A stretch of DNA of 64,000 nt from Methylotenera sp. (GTDB taxonomy: Bacteria > Pseudomonadota > Gammaproteobacteria > Burkholderiales > Methylophilaceae). Of the stretch, positions 27,841 to 37,358 are shown piece by piece. Position 1 is the stretch's first letter; each line of letters begins with the position of its first letter. The notes below the pieces were generated by a model. The model searched no databases. It was not told the origin of the DNA and worked only from the letters and a program-made list of their open reading frames with translations. The stretch is from the NCBI GenBank assembly GCA_020622105.1, contig JAHRYP010000002.1, positions 14,176-78,175 of the forward strand, written 5' to 3'. Position numbers and translations under genes: made by a program.

Positions 27841-29784
27841 TTAAATATCTTCCGGACGCCCTACTCCATAACCCAGCACCCCATCCACGTGTAATTCAAT
27901 GAGCAATTTCCATTGATCTGCATCTTCTACAGATACACCGTACACTTTAATATCAAGGCCATGCGCGACCTTGGCTACAGATTCAATCAGGAACTGGTTG
28001 TCTTTGTTATCGACAATGCCATGTACGTACCCACCATCAATCTTAATATAATCAAGTTTGAGCTTGCTAAGGTAACCAAATGAAGTGAACCCTCTACCAA
28101 AATGATCAAGGCCAACGCGCGTGCCATAAGCCGCAAGTTTTTTAATAAACTCTCGCAGTGCATCAATATTCTCGAGTACACCATATTCTGGCACTTCAAT
28201 CAGCAGCCTTGCAGCAGCCTCAGGATTTTTTGCCAGTTCAGCGCATAGCCAATCAACAAAAGCATTATTTTGAACACTGGATGGGAAAATGTTGACGGCT
28301 ATCGGGATATCCCCATAACGCTTGGCAACCAGTCTAGACAGTACCTCAGCAACCATCAGCTTATCGAAATCCATCGCAAGACCATGCCTGTTAGCCATTT
28401 GCGTATAAATCATGGCCGGGATCATTTCACCTTTAGCATCAGTCAGCCTCATGAGTGCTTCGTAATGCAATATAGAGGCCGCAGCATCCTTAACCGGTTG
28501 CATTAGCAAAGACAGCCGATTGTTCTGCAATGCGTCTCTGAGCACTTCACCCCAATGGGTTGATGTATTCACTACGCTTGCTACAGACTTGGATGGCACT
28601 ACTAAATACATTGCATTGGGGCCTGCCTGCTGCGCGGTACGCAGCGCCAGATCTGTTGCTGACATCACTTCACCATAAGTTTCATTACTAAATAGTGCGA
28701 TACCAACATGCCCAACCTCATCAGACTCAACCAGACCACGCTCTTTAAATCTAGGCAATGAGCGCGCAATTCTGTCTCCTAGATCTCTTGCTTCCTGTTC
28801 ATCCACATTACTGATCACAATGGCAAAACTTGCACCAGATAAATGCGCCACAAAATACTCTTGATTTGGCTGGGCTTTGCAGATTGCATTGATAAAACTT
28901 GCTGCATTGCGCAGCAGTTCATCACCAGCTTGAAAGCCGCGTTTCCTGTTGTATTCTTTAAAGTTTTTCAGCTCAAGAAGAATGACCGCACCATGCTCAC
29001 CAGCTTTAATGAGATGGCTAAGCTGCATATCGAAATAGCGTCTGTTAGCGAGGTTAGTCAGACTATCAAGATAGTTTTCTGAGCGCAGGCGTTCAATAGA
29101 TGCCGCTTGCTCCTCGAACATATGCCTGACCTTGTTTGTCATGCGGTTCATCGCTTCAACCACGCTGCGTAATTCAATGGTCCACGGCAGTTTGGTCTGA
29201 ATTGGATACTCTCGGTCGCAAATAGCACGCGCCTGTGCCTCAACCTTGCGTAAAGGATTGAGAATGTAATGTAAAGCAATGACTCCTAAAACAGACGCCA
29301 GCACCGACATACCGGCAAACCATAGAAAAGACTGTATGGCACTCGTCCACAGCGCCATATAGGCATAACCTGGATTCACCAGTACCTTAACCATGCCAGC
29401 CTGCTGCCAGCCCGCCATGATCAAAGCTTCACCTTGCGGCGTATCAAGTTTGAACATATTAATGAACCAGTCCGGCACATCATCCAGATTGACCTGCTGT
29501 GTTTTGTTGATGATAGTTTTACCTTCAACATCCGTAATAAGTACCTGACGATAGTAACCGCTGTCTGAAACAGCACTAACCATGCGCTCCACCATCACAT
29601 AATCATGTTCGCTAATATGCGGAGACAATGACATGCCTAATGATGTTGCAGTATCCTGAGAAATCGTACGCAATTGATTATTTAAATAACTGCGCGTATT
29701 TTCTATGCTTAGTGAAAATGATCCAATAAATAGCATAGTAAAAAGCAAGACTATCATCGCTAAAAGCTGCTTAAGTAACGTCAT
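27841..29784 (-). CDS. lapD: LapD-like c-di-GMP receptor
   Basis: MTLLKQL N-terminus, periplasmic output domain with GW (MAGWQQAG), HAMP, degenerate GGDEF (LSGASF) and degenerate EAL; adjacent to lapG. Confidence 0.92.
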   Translation of the reverse strand: MTLLKQLLAMIVLLFTMLFIGSFSLSIENTRSYLNNQLRTISQDTATSLGMSLSPHISEHDYVMVERMVSAVSDSGYYRQVLITDVEGKTIINKTQQVNLDDVPDWFINMFKLDTPQGEALIMAGWQQAGMVKVLVNPGYAYMALWTSAIQSFLWFAGMSVLASVLGVIALHYILNPLRKVEAQARAICDREYPIQTKLPWTIELRSVVEAMNRMTNKVRHMFEEQAASIERLRSENYLDSLTNLANRRYFDMQLSHLIKAGEHGAVILLELKNFKEYNRKRGFQAGDELLRNAASFINAICKAQPNQEYFVAHLSGASFAIVISNVDEQEARDLGDRIARSLPRFKERGLVESDEVGHVGIALFSNETYGEVMSATDLALRTAQQAGPNAMYLVVPSKSVASVVNTSTHWGEVLRDALQNNRLSLLMQPVKDAAASILHYEALMRLTDAKGEMIPAMIYTQMANRHGLAMDFDKLMVAEVLSRLVAKRYGDIPIAVNIFPSSVQNNAFVDWLCAELAKNPEAAARLLIEVPEYGVLENIDALREFIKKLAAYGTRVGLDHFGRGFTSFGYLSKLKLDYIKIDGGYVHGIVDNKDNQFLIESVAKVAHGLDIKVYGVSVEDADQWKLLIELHVDGVLGYGVGRPEDI

Positions 29785-29803
29785 CTTGATTCCTTTGCGT
29801 GTT

Positions 29804-30511
29804 TCACTCGAACTCCTTACCCATACGCGACGTCATTTGACGCCACAATGCGATATTACTTGCGCTGCTTGACCCACTTTTACCTGCAGCACGTTCTTTC
29901 GCCAGCCACAACCCCTGCCCGTTAAACGTATACACAGGAGCAAGGTCTTTTCTTTCTGTCGCCAATTTAATCTCAGGGTTAAGGTTATCTAAAACTAATG
30001 GTACTGCTGCGGGCTTCTCATAATAGGTCAGCACCATGTGCGAACGGTTTATGGGGTTAGGGGTGTCAGCCTTAACATAGGTAATTGTCAGCTTTTCCAT
30101 CGGCACATTTAACGCGATTAATGTGAAATATTTGGCAATTGAAAAATCCTCACAATCCCCGCCACCTGATGCAATCGTTTCCAGCGGGGTAGACCAGTAA
30201 TCCGCAACACCATAATGATCGTAGTCTGATACCCAAAGTACATTCTGGTTAAAAAAATCATTTACTAGCACTAGTTTATCTCTTGTAGATTTACCCTGGC
30301 TGGCATTCACCAATTGCACCCAATCAGCAACACGTTTACGCCCTAACTCCTTATACTTTGCTTCAATCGCTACAAACTGCTTATCCGAAATAGATATATT
30401 GAAACTATCGCCAACCACCGCTGGCAGCAATAGTGATACACCCAATAGACAAACTACGGCAGTTAGACGTAGATACGGTGCAATAAGTCTTAATGTGATG
30501 CGATGAGGCAT
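29804..30511 (-). CDS. lapG: LapG-like periplasmic transglutaminase-like cysteine protease
   Basis: DYWSTPLE, GGDCEDFSIAKYF, HMVLTYY and LVLDN triad motifs; N-terminal signal/TM segment. Confidence 0.94.
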   Translation of the reverse strand: MPHRITLRLIAPYLRLTAVVCLLGVSLLLPAVVGDSFNISISDKQFVAIEAKYKELGRKRVADWVQLVNASQGKSTRDKLVLVNDFFNQNVLWVSDYDHYGVADYWSTPLETIASGGGDCEDFSIAKYFTLIALNVPMEKLTITYVKADTPNPINRSHMVLTYYEKPAAVPLVLDNLNPEIKLATERKDLAPVYTFNGQGLWLAKERAAGKSGSSSASNIALWRQMTSRMGKEFE

Positions 30512-30558
30512 TATCTATTTGAGCATATTTTCAAAACTTAAGCGAATAACACACATAA

Positions 30559-30586
30559 AAAAACCGGACCATTAAATCCGGTTTTT
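30559..30586 (-). terminator. Terminator after the TolC gene
   Basis: aaaaaccgga/tccggttttt inverted repeat with a minus-strand U-tract. Confidence 0.7.
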
Positions 30587-30664
30587 AAAGAAATTACTCT
30601 CGCTGTACTATCGTCTCACTTACTAAAGTATTAGGCGTCATGCTTTACCATTACCTTATATAAA

Positions 30665-31987
30665 TTATTTTGCTGCAACTTCTTTAGATTCTTCTCTTGG
30701 GTCAACACCAAGTGTACCAAGAAGTTTACCCATGTCAGCCATTAAACGGTAACGAGAAAACAGATCAATATACTGTGCATCAAGATAGTTTGAACGTCCA
30801 ATATAAAGCTCATTTTCTGAATCTAGTAAGTCGAGCAATGTACGTTGACCTAAATTAAATTGTTGCGCATAACCATCACGTGTACGTGCAGCTGCTTCAG
30901 CTGTTGCCAGAAGTTTTGGCAAGCGATCCTGAGCTGTCACCATAGAGTTCCATGACAAGCGCAAGCTTTCTTCTACCTGACGCTGCGTGCGATGGAAAAC
31001 TTCGGTAGCCTCTTGAATCTGAATCGTAGTTTCTGCGATCTTGGCGACGTCTGATCCGCCATTAAACAGGTTATAACGCATGCGCAACATAGCATAGGCA
31101 TCGTTATTTTTATAATTAACACCGTCCAGATCATTGTTAAAACTAGTGCCAAGCTCTAAATGTAGACGTGGCTTTAACAAAGACTCAGCAGTTCTATTCT
31201 GTGCCTGTGCAGCCTCAATATCAGCCATTGCAGAGCGTAAGATCGGGTTGCTTTCCAGAGATACGTTTAATGCTTCATCAACACTTGCCGGAGCTTCAGT
31301 CACTTCTGGCTTAACTAGAGAATCAGGCATCACACCAACAACACGGTTATATGCAATGTTAGCTTCGCGTAAATTTGCTTCCGCAGAAGCTACGTTAGCT
31401 TGAGAAAGTGACAACCTGGCTTGTGCCTGATCCAAGTCAGCCTTACGTCCAATACCACCTTCACTACGAATTCTAATCTGGGTAAATGTTTTCTCATGCA
31501 CATCAAGATTAGCCTGCGCTAACTTAAGCAACTCAGTACGTCGCAGTACGTTTAAATAAGCCTCAATCGCCTTTAAACCTATTTGCTCAGAAGTACCCAT
31601 CACCTTGCGTGATGCAGAGCTTGATCGCGCTTGTTGACGATCAACTTCACTGCGGGTTGCAGAGCCATCATATATCAACTGTGAAAGACTCAGACCTGAC
31701 TCACGGCGAGTAAGCGTGTCGTCACCACCGCGTCTAGGTCGTGTTGTAATATTTTTACTCCACTCGTTACCATAACCTAAATTAAAATCAATTTTTGGAT
31801 AGTAACCACCTTCAGCCTGCTTGACTGCTTCATCAATAGAAAGTTTGCGATTAGCATCAATCAAAACATCTGGATTAGTCCTGATCGTCTGATTAACTGC
31901 CTCCGAAATTGTTGTACCATTTGCAGCGCCAAGTAAGCCCAATTGAGAAGCAGAAAGCACTGCTAACATAATCAGTTTTTTATTCAC
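30665..31987 (-). CDS. lapE: TolC-family T1SS outer-membrane protein (LapE/AggA-like)
   Basis: Signal peptide, YYPKIDF and QQFNLGQRTLLDLLDSENE motifs. Start placed at GTG 31987 behind AAGGGG. Confidence 0.92.
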   Translation of the reverse strand: MNKKLIMLAVLSASQLGLLGAANGTTISEAVNQTIRTNPDVLIDANRKLSIDEAVKQAEGGYYPKIDFNLGYGNEWSKNITTRPRRGGDDTLTRRESGLSLSQLIYDGSATRSEVDRQQARSSSASRKVMGTSEQIGLKAIEAYLNVLRRTELLKLAQANLDVHEKTFTQIRIRSEGGIGRKADLDQAQARLSLSQANVASAEANLREANIAYNRVVGVMPDSLVKPEVTEAPASVDEALNVSLESNPILRSAMADIEAAQAQNRTAESLLKPRLHLELGTSFNNDLDGVNYKNNDAYAMLRMRYNLFNGGSDVAKIAETTIQIQEATEVFHRTQRQVEESLRLSWNSMVTAQDRLPKLLATAEAAARTRDGYAQQFNLGQRTLLDLLDSENELYIGRSNYLDAQYIDLFSRYRLMADMGKLLGTLGVDPREESKEVAAK

Positions 31988-32202
31988 GTAATACCCCTTA
32001 TATTTCATTTTGTTTTTTTGTAGGCCACGTCTAATTTAAATCTTTATTAATGTATATGCAATTTACATAGGAGAAACTTTGTTAAATTATGTAAATTGTT
32101 GTAAAAATGAGACACACGCAAATAAGAAATTAAGTTTCTCAAAAATTACCACACTAAGCATGAGCAATTACAACAATATTTATTAATTAAGATATTAATA
32201 AG

Positions 32203-32229
32203 AAGACAGGCGCCTGAAGCGCCTGTCTT
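32203..32229 (-). terminator. Terminator after the adhesin gene
   Basis: aagacaggcgc/gcgcctgtctt 11-bp perfect stem with a 5-nt loop, just downstream of the lapA stop. Confidence 0.75.
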
Positions 32230-32254
32230 ATCAAATCAAACCAATCAAACTAAA

Positions 32255-35200
32255 TTAATCAATAATATCGTTATTAAGTAACAAAGAATTCATAACACTT
32301 GTTGCAGTTACATCAGTTGCTGCAACTGAATTCACATCAATAGTTTGAACAACTGTATTGGTATCGTTCGTGAACTGAAGTTGCAAATGACCATCTACTG
32401 CAACGGCAGTCATCACTAAGCCACCAGAGAGCAAATCAGCAACATTCAACACGTCATTGGCAATGTCAAAGTCTGTGACAACGTCATTGCCTGTATTGCC
32501 TGCATTCCAGATAAATGTGTCACTTCCTCCGTTACCGGTCAACGTGTCATTACCGCTACCACCGATCATGATGTCGTCACCGGATGTACCTACAAGAATA
32601 TCATTCAACGATGTTCCCGCAATTGCTTCAACTGTGAGCTGACTACCGGTATCACCATCAATGGAAACATTGAATGTTTGAGATGTAGTATCGCCATCAC
32701 CATCCGTCAGCGTCACTGTAATGTTCTGGAAAGACAGATCGGCAGGAGGCGTATCGGAACTGGAGCCAACCTCAACGCCATTCAGGCGGAATGACCCGTC
32801 AGGTTCGGCACTGATCACCTCGACACCATAGATCGAACTACCTGCAATATAATCACCTGTACCAGCATTAAGATCTGCTGACCAGTTCAGACTGCTGATC
32901 TGAACAACCTGACCTGATGTCACATCGAACGTCATCATATCGTAAACCGTCATCGCTGTGTCCAAATAGACCTTGACAGTGATCGTAGCCGACGTGATAC
33001 CACCTGTAAATCCTTCAGCCTTGAACTTGAAGTCACCGATACCAAAGCCTGTCAAATTGTTGCCATCGTCAACGAACTTAAACAGGATAGACTGGTTGAT
33101 CTCATTGGTCTGCCCTTGCAAGCCCTTGACTGCCCAACCATTATTGCTGGTATTCACCAAGTCAGCATCCTCTCCTGGAGTATTATCCCCATCGCTACCG
33201 ATAACCAAGATGTTGAAATCAGTGGCCGCTCCCAAATCTACCACCAGCGAACCGGTCGGGCCGCCTGCAACTGCAGAAGTTGCAGCGACCGGGGTGAATA
33301 CGACCTCCGAATCCCTGTGCATCACTTGCAGGGAGTCAGTGCCGTCGGCATTCAGCGTCAAAGTACCAACCTGCGTAGTCCCTTCGTAAAGCCCAAGCAC
33401 TATCTGGGTTGCACTTGTGGAAATTACGGTAACGTTGCTTGGCACCGTCACCGTAGCACTACTGAATCCATCGGCTCCAAACTCCCAGTCTGCAAACTGA
33501 GCGTTGTAGGTCGTGTTGGTAGCCGGATTAAGTGCCGACAAGGAGACTGCATCACCACCATCAGCACCATCATTCACGATAGTGAAGAGAACTACATCAT
33601 CAACGATATCAATATTCACCGTTGCTGTTGCCGCAGGAGCGGTACCATCTGATACGCTGACGACGAAGCTGTCAGCATCCGGTACCGTATTGTAGCCGGC
33701 ACCCAAGCCATTACCGTCGTAGGTATTGGTCAGCGTGTAGGTGTAACTGAACGTACCATTACTATAACCCGTAATATCTACTGTGCCGTAACCACCAGCA
33801 ATGGCAATCGGTGCCGCAGCAATTATTGCTGCGGTAAAAGCTGCGAAGTTAGCATAATCTGCAACCGTGAAGGTCTGTCCTGCGATCGTTACCGACTTGA
33901 TGTCATCCAGACCATCCGTATCTGCAATTGTAAACGAACCCGTCGCGCTGATGCTGGCACCAGGACCTGTACCAGATCCAGAGATTAAGCCGGCTTCATA
34001 GACGGTATCGCTGGTTGCATTAGCGATAATTGTAGGCGCATCATTCAGACCAGTGATCGAGATCGTCAGCGTCGCAGTATCGTTTGTCGTACCATCGCTC
34101 ATCGTGTAGTTAAACACGTCTGTCAGCGGGGTGTCGCCGTCATCCAGCGCTTGCACCGCTCCATATGCCGTCGGGTTCTGACCCACTGTGTACAACGTGT
34201 AGGTGTAGCTGCCGTTAGCGGCAATTACCAGTGTGCCGTATGCGCCATTCAGCGTCGTGACACCATCCACCGTGCCAGCTGTGCCAGCTCCTTCTGTGCC
34301 ACCTGTGCGGATTGATGTCACAGTCAGTGTGTCACCATCCACGTCGGTATCGTTCAGCAGTACGCCATTCAATACAGTCGTGGCAGATACAGAACCTGCA
34401 TCTTCAGTCAGACTGTTGGTGTCGTTCACCGCTACTGGCGCATCATTCAGACCAGTGATCGAGATCGTCAGCGTCGCAGTATCGTTTGTCGTACCATCGC
34501 TCATCGTGTAGTTAAACACGTCTGTCAGCGGGGTGTCGCCGTCATCCAGCGCTTGCACCGCTCCATATGCCGTCGGGTTCTGACCCACTGTGTACAACGT
34601 GTAGGTGTAGCTGCCGTTAGCGGCAATTACCAGTGTGCCGTATGCGCCATTCAGCGTCGTGACACCATCCACCGTGCCAGCTGTGCCAGCTCCTTCTGTG
34701 CCACCTGTGCGGATTGATGTCACAGTCAGTGTGTCACCATCCACGTCGGTATCGTTCAGCAGTACGCCATTCAATACAGTCGTGGCAGATACAGAACCTG
34801 CATCTTCAGTCAGACTGTTGGTGTCGTTCACCGCTACTGGCGCATCATTCAGACCAGTGATCGAGATCGTCAGCGTCGCAGTATCGTTTGTCGTACCATC
34901 GCTCATCGTGTAGTTAAACACGTCTGTCAGCGGGGTGTCGCCGTCATCCAGCGCTTGCACCGCTCCATATGCCGTCGGGTTCTGACCCACTGTGTACAAC
35001 GTGTAGGTGTAGCTGCCGTTAGCGGCAATTACCAGTGTGCCGTATGCGCCATTCAGCGTCGTGACACCATCCACCGTGCCAGCTGTGCCAGCTCCTTCTG
35101 TGCCACCTGTGCGGATTGATGTCACAGTCAGTGTGTCACCATCCACGTCGGTATCGTTCAGCAGTACGCCATTCAATACAGTCGTGGCAGATACAGAACC

Positions 35201-37000
35201 TGCATCTTCAGTCAGACTGTTGGTGTCGTTCACCGCTACTGGCGCATCATTCAGACCAGTGATCGAGATCGTCAGCGTCGCAGTATCGTTTGTCGTACCA
35301 TCGCTCATCGTGTAGTTAAACACGTCTGTCAGCGGGGTGTCGCCGTCATCCAGCGCTTGCACCGCTCCATATGCCGTCGGGTTCTGACCCACTGTGTACA
35401 ACGTGTAGGTGTAGCTGCCGTTAGCGGCAATTACCAGTGTGCCGTATGCGCCATTCAGCGTCGTGACACCATCCACCGTGCCAGCTGTGCCAGCTCCTTC
35501 TGTGCCACCTGTGCGGATTGATGTCACAGTCAGTGTGTCACCATCCACGTCGGTATCGTTCAGCAGTACGCCATTCAATACAGTCGTGGCAGATACAGAA
35601 CCTGCATCTTCAGTCAGACTGTTGGTGTCGTTCACCGCTACTGGTCCGTCATTGCTGCCAGTAATTGTAATAGTAAGTGAAGCGGAGTCTGTTGAACCTA
35701 CAGCATTAGTGATTGAATATGGAGCAGAGACAGAAATCTCAACGCCTGCAGGCAGAGCACTAATTAATGACTTACCATCATTATTCAATACCAAAGTATA
35801 CGTACCATCAGAAGCAAATGTAATTGTGCCAATCACTGTCCCTTCAACAGAAACATCCACAGGACCAGCTGTGGTAACAACTAGAGGACCAAATAAAGGC
35901 GTTGTACCATCTGCAGCAAATGCGTTAGTCAGATCATCATTAGTAAGCACATTTCCACTAGCAAAAACACCAACATTTGATTCAAGCTGACTTTCTGTTA
36001 CAGCATCGGTATCATTATCAGCATTAACATCATCATCAATGATGGTTACTAAAGCTGAATTATTAGCTGGGTTAATGGTGGCATTGGTTGCGCTAGTCAA
36101 TTGAATGGAGAAGTTTTCATTCTGCTCCAAGTTGCTATCCTGAACAATTTCTACCGGCACAATAAAGCTGGTCTGCCCAGCAGGTATTGTTACTATACCT
36201 GTCAGCACCCCTGTATAATCGGTACCAGATGTAGCAGAACCTGAATTAATAACATAAGTCACTGTAACATCTTGCGTATAAACCGCATTTAAAGATATGA
36301 CGAAATTTACAGTTCGAGTAACATCCTCAGTCCCCTCAACAACACTCACACCTTCAACTACCACACCAGGCGTGGTTGCAAAAACTTCATCAGGATCTGG
36401 CTCCTGTGTTTCCGTATCCACTTTAACTTCAACCTGAACTGAAACTGTAGGTAACACAGGTTCAACTGCCGCTAATTCCTGTACTGGGGGGAGCTCTTCT
36501 TGTGGCGGCGGAAATGATAGTGAAATCGGACCAGTAGCAAATCCACTCGTCACATTACCTTGAGTGTTATCAAAGTCAACAACAAGCGGTGTTGTTGTAC
36601 CTTCATCACCAGTCTCACCACCTGCGGCAGCTGGGTCAGCAATGGCATTAGGATCTCTGCCTTCGGCAATTGCTCTAGCAATACGTGCCGCTTCATCTGA
36701 AGCTTCTTGTTCAATTGATTTTGAAGCGTTTGCGCTGTATATTTCAGGGTCGAGCATGATATGTGCTGAGCGTGGTAGATCAAGGTGACTACCATTTGGG
36801 AATTCAATGATTACGCCGCCATCAGCAGAAGTAATAATGGTTTCATTGGCAAACACTTTGTCGCCAACTTGCAGAACTCGCTCTGCGCCATTGGCATCAA
36901 CTGCCTTGACCAAACCCACTACTGTTTTAACGGTACCTACAGAAGTTAATTGTGTACCTGAAGTAACAGCTTTTACTGTGGTTGTATTCTCAATTGCCAT
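32255..37000 (-). CDS. LapA-like retention-module RTX adhesin (T1SS substrate)
   Basis: N-terminal retention module (G..R.L.VGD.VF..E; IARAIAEGRDP...PAAAG), Calx-beta-like domain, four 134-aa Ig-like repeats, GGSGNDTL RTX nonapeptides and a T1SS-type C-terminus; AAGGAG SD. Confidence 0.93.
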   Translation of the reverse strand: MAIENTTTVKAVTSGTQLTSVGTVKTVVGLVKAVDANGAERVLQVGDKVFANETIITSADGGVIIEFPNGSHLDLPRSAHIMLDPEIYSANASKSIEQEASDEAARIARAIAEGRDPNAIADPAAAGGETGDEGTTTPLVVDFDNTQGNVTSGFATGPISLSFPPPQEELPPVQELAAVEPVLPTVSVQVEVKVDTETQEPDPDEVFATTPGVVVEGVSVVEGTEDVTRTVNFVISLNAVYTQDVTVTYVINSGSATSGTDYTGVLTGIVTIPAGQTSFIVPVEIVQDSNLEQNENFSIQLTSATNATINPANNSALVTIIDDDVNADNDTDAVTESQLESNVGVFASGNVLTNDDLTNAFAADGTTPLFGPLVVTTAGPVDVSVEGTVIGTITFASDGTYTLVLNNDGKSLISALPAGVEISVSAPYSITNAVGSTDSASLTITITGSNDGPVAVNDTNSLTEDAGSVSATTVLNGVLLNDTDVDGDTLTVTSIRTGGTEGAGTAGTVDGVTTLNGAYGTLVIAANGSYTYTLYTVGQNPTAYGAVQALDDGDTPLTDVFNYTMSDGTTNDTATLTISITGLNDAPVAVNDTNSLTEDAGSVSATTVLNGVLLNDTDVDGDTLTVTSIRTGGTEGAGTAGTVDGVTTLNGAYGTLVIAANGSYTYTLYTVGQNPTAYGAVQALDDGDTPLTDVFNYTMSDGTTNDTATLTISITGLNDAPVAVNDTNSLTEDAGSVSATTVLNGVLLNDTDVDGDTLTVTSIRTGGTEGAGTAGTVDGVTTLNGAYGTLVIAANGSYTYTLYTVGQNPTAYGAVQALDDGDTPLTDVFNYTMSDGTTNDTATLTISITGLNDAPVAVNDTNSLTEDAGSVSATTVLNGVLLNDTDVDGDTLTVTSIRTGGTEGAGTAGTVDGVTTLNGAYGTLVIAANGSYTYTLYTVGQNPTAYGAVQALDDGDTPLTDVFNYTMSDGTTNDTATLTISITGLNDAPTIIANATSDTVYEAGLISGSGTGPGASISATGSFTIADTDGLDDIKSVTIAGQTFTVADYANFAAFTAAIIAAAPIAIAGGYGTVDITGYSNGTFSYTYTLTNTYDGNGLGAGYNTVPDADSFVVSVSDGTAPAATATVNIDIVDDVVLFTIVNDGADGGDAVSLSALNPATNTTYNAQFADWEFGADGFSSATVTVPSNVTVISTSATQIVLGLYEGTTQVGTLTLNADGTDSLQVMHRDSEVVFTPVAATSAVAGGPTGSLVVDLGAATDFNILVIGSDGDNTPGEDADLVNTSNNGWAVKGLQGQTNEINQSILFKFVDDGNNLTGFGIGDFKFKAEGFTGGITSATITVKVYLDTAMTVYDMMTFDVTSGQVVQISSLNWSADLNAGTGDYIAGSSIYGVEVISAEPDGSFRLNGVEVGSSSDTPPADLSFQNITVTLTDGDGDTTSQTFNVSIDGDTGSQLTVEAIAGTSLNDILVGTSGDDIMIGGSGNDTLTGNGGSDTFIWNAGNTGNDVVTDFDIANDVLNVADLLSGGLVMTAVAVDGHLQLQFTNDTNTVVQTIDVNSVAATDVTATSVMNSLLLNNDIID
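34035..35644. repeat. Four tandem 402-bp repeats inside the adhesin gene
   Basis: Unit starts at 34035, 34437, 34839 and 35241. The copies look identical on reading, and the identical shadow ORFs at 34233/34635/35037/35439 confirm the period. Confidence 0.97.
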
Positions 37001-37027
37001 GATGAACTCCTTTTAACTGCACGATTA

Positions 37028-37106
37028 ATAATCAAAAATATATGTTTCACGATTTTTGATTATGTTAGAGCACAAGCTATAGGAGTTATATAGTACCTTG
37101 GTACTA
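37028..37106. promoter_or_regulatory. Two palindromes in the divergent lapA / transglycosylase promoter region
   Basis: ataatcaaaaat-N12-atttttgattat (37028-37063) and tagtacc-tt-ggtacta (37091-37106). Confidence 0.45.
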
Positions 37107-37358
37107 GGCTATGTCTGGATCAAACAGAGGTTTTCTGCCAATGTATACTAAACAATATAAGTTATAAAATCTTTTATAAACAATCACTTAAATAATATCA
37201 TTTTTCAGATAGTTTCAAACACTGAATCAATTCAAAGCGTACTTTTGTATATTAAAGAGAATACCAATAACATCAACATTTACTTCATCACTATTGTAAA
37301 AAGGTTTCTAAGGCGTAAGCTTCTATATCGTAAGCTTTTGTGTAAGGAGATGGAATCG

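Noticed and set aside
34035-35644. Tandem repeat array as CRISPR or a mobile element
   Set aside because: The 402-bp units are in-frame coding repeats of the adhesin, with no spacers or cas genes.
37245-37358. Longest-ORF starts for the transglycosylase (37245), nasT (63890), LuxR (42484), lapB (42023) and TolC (32008)
   Set aside because: The extensions are not protein-like and better SD-linked starts lie downstream. The nasT extension overlaps its own sigma54 promoter.
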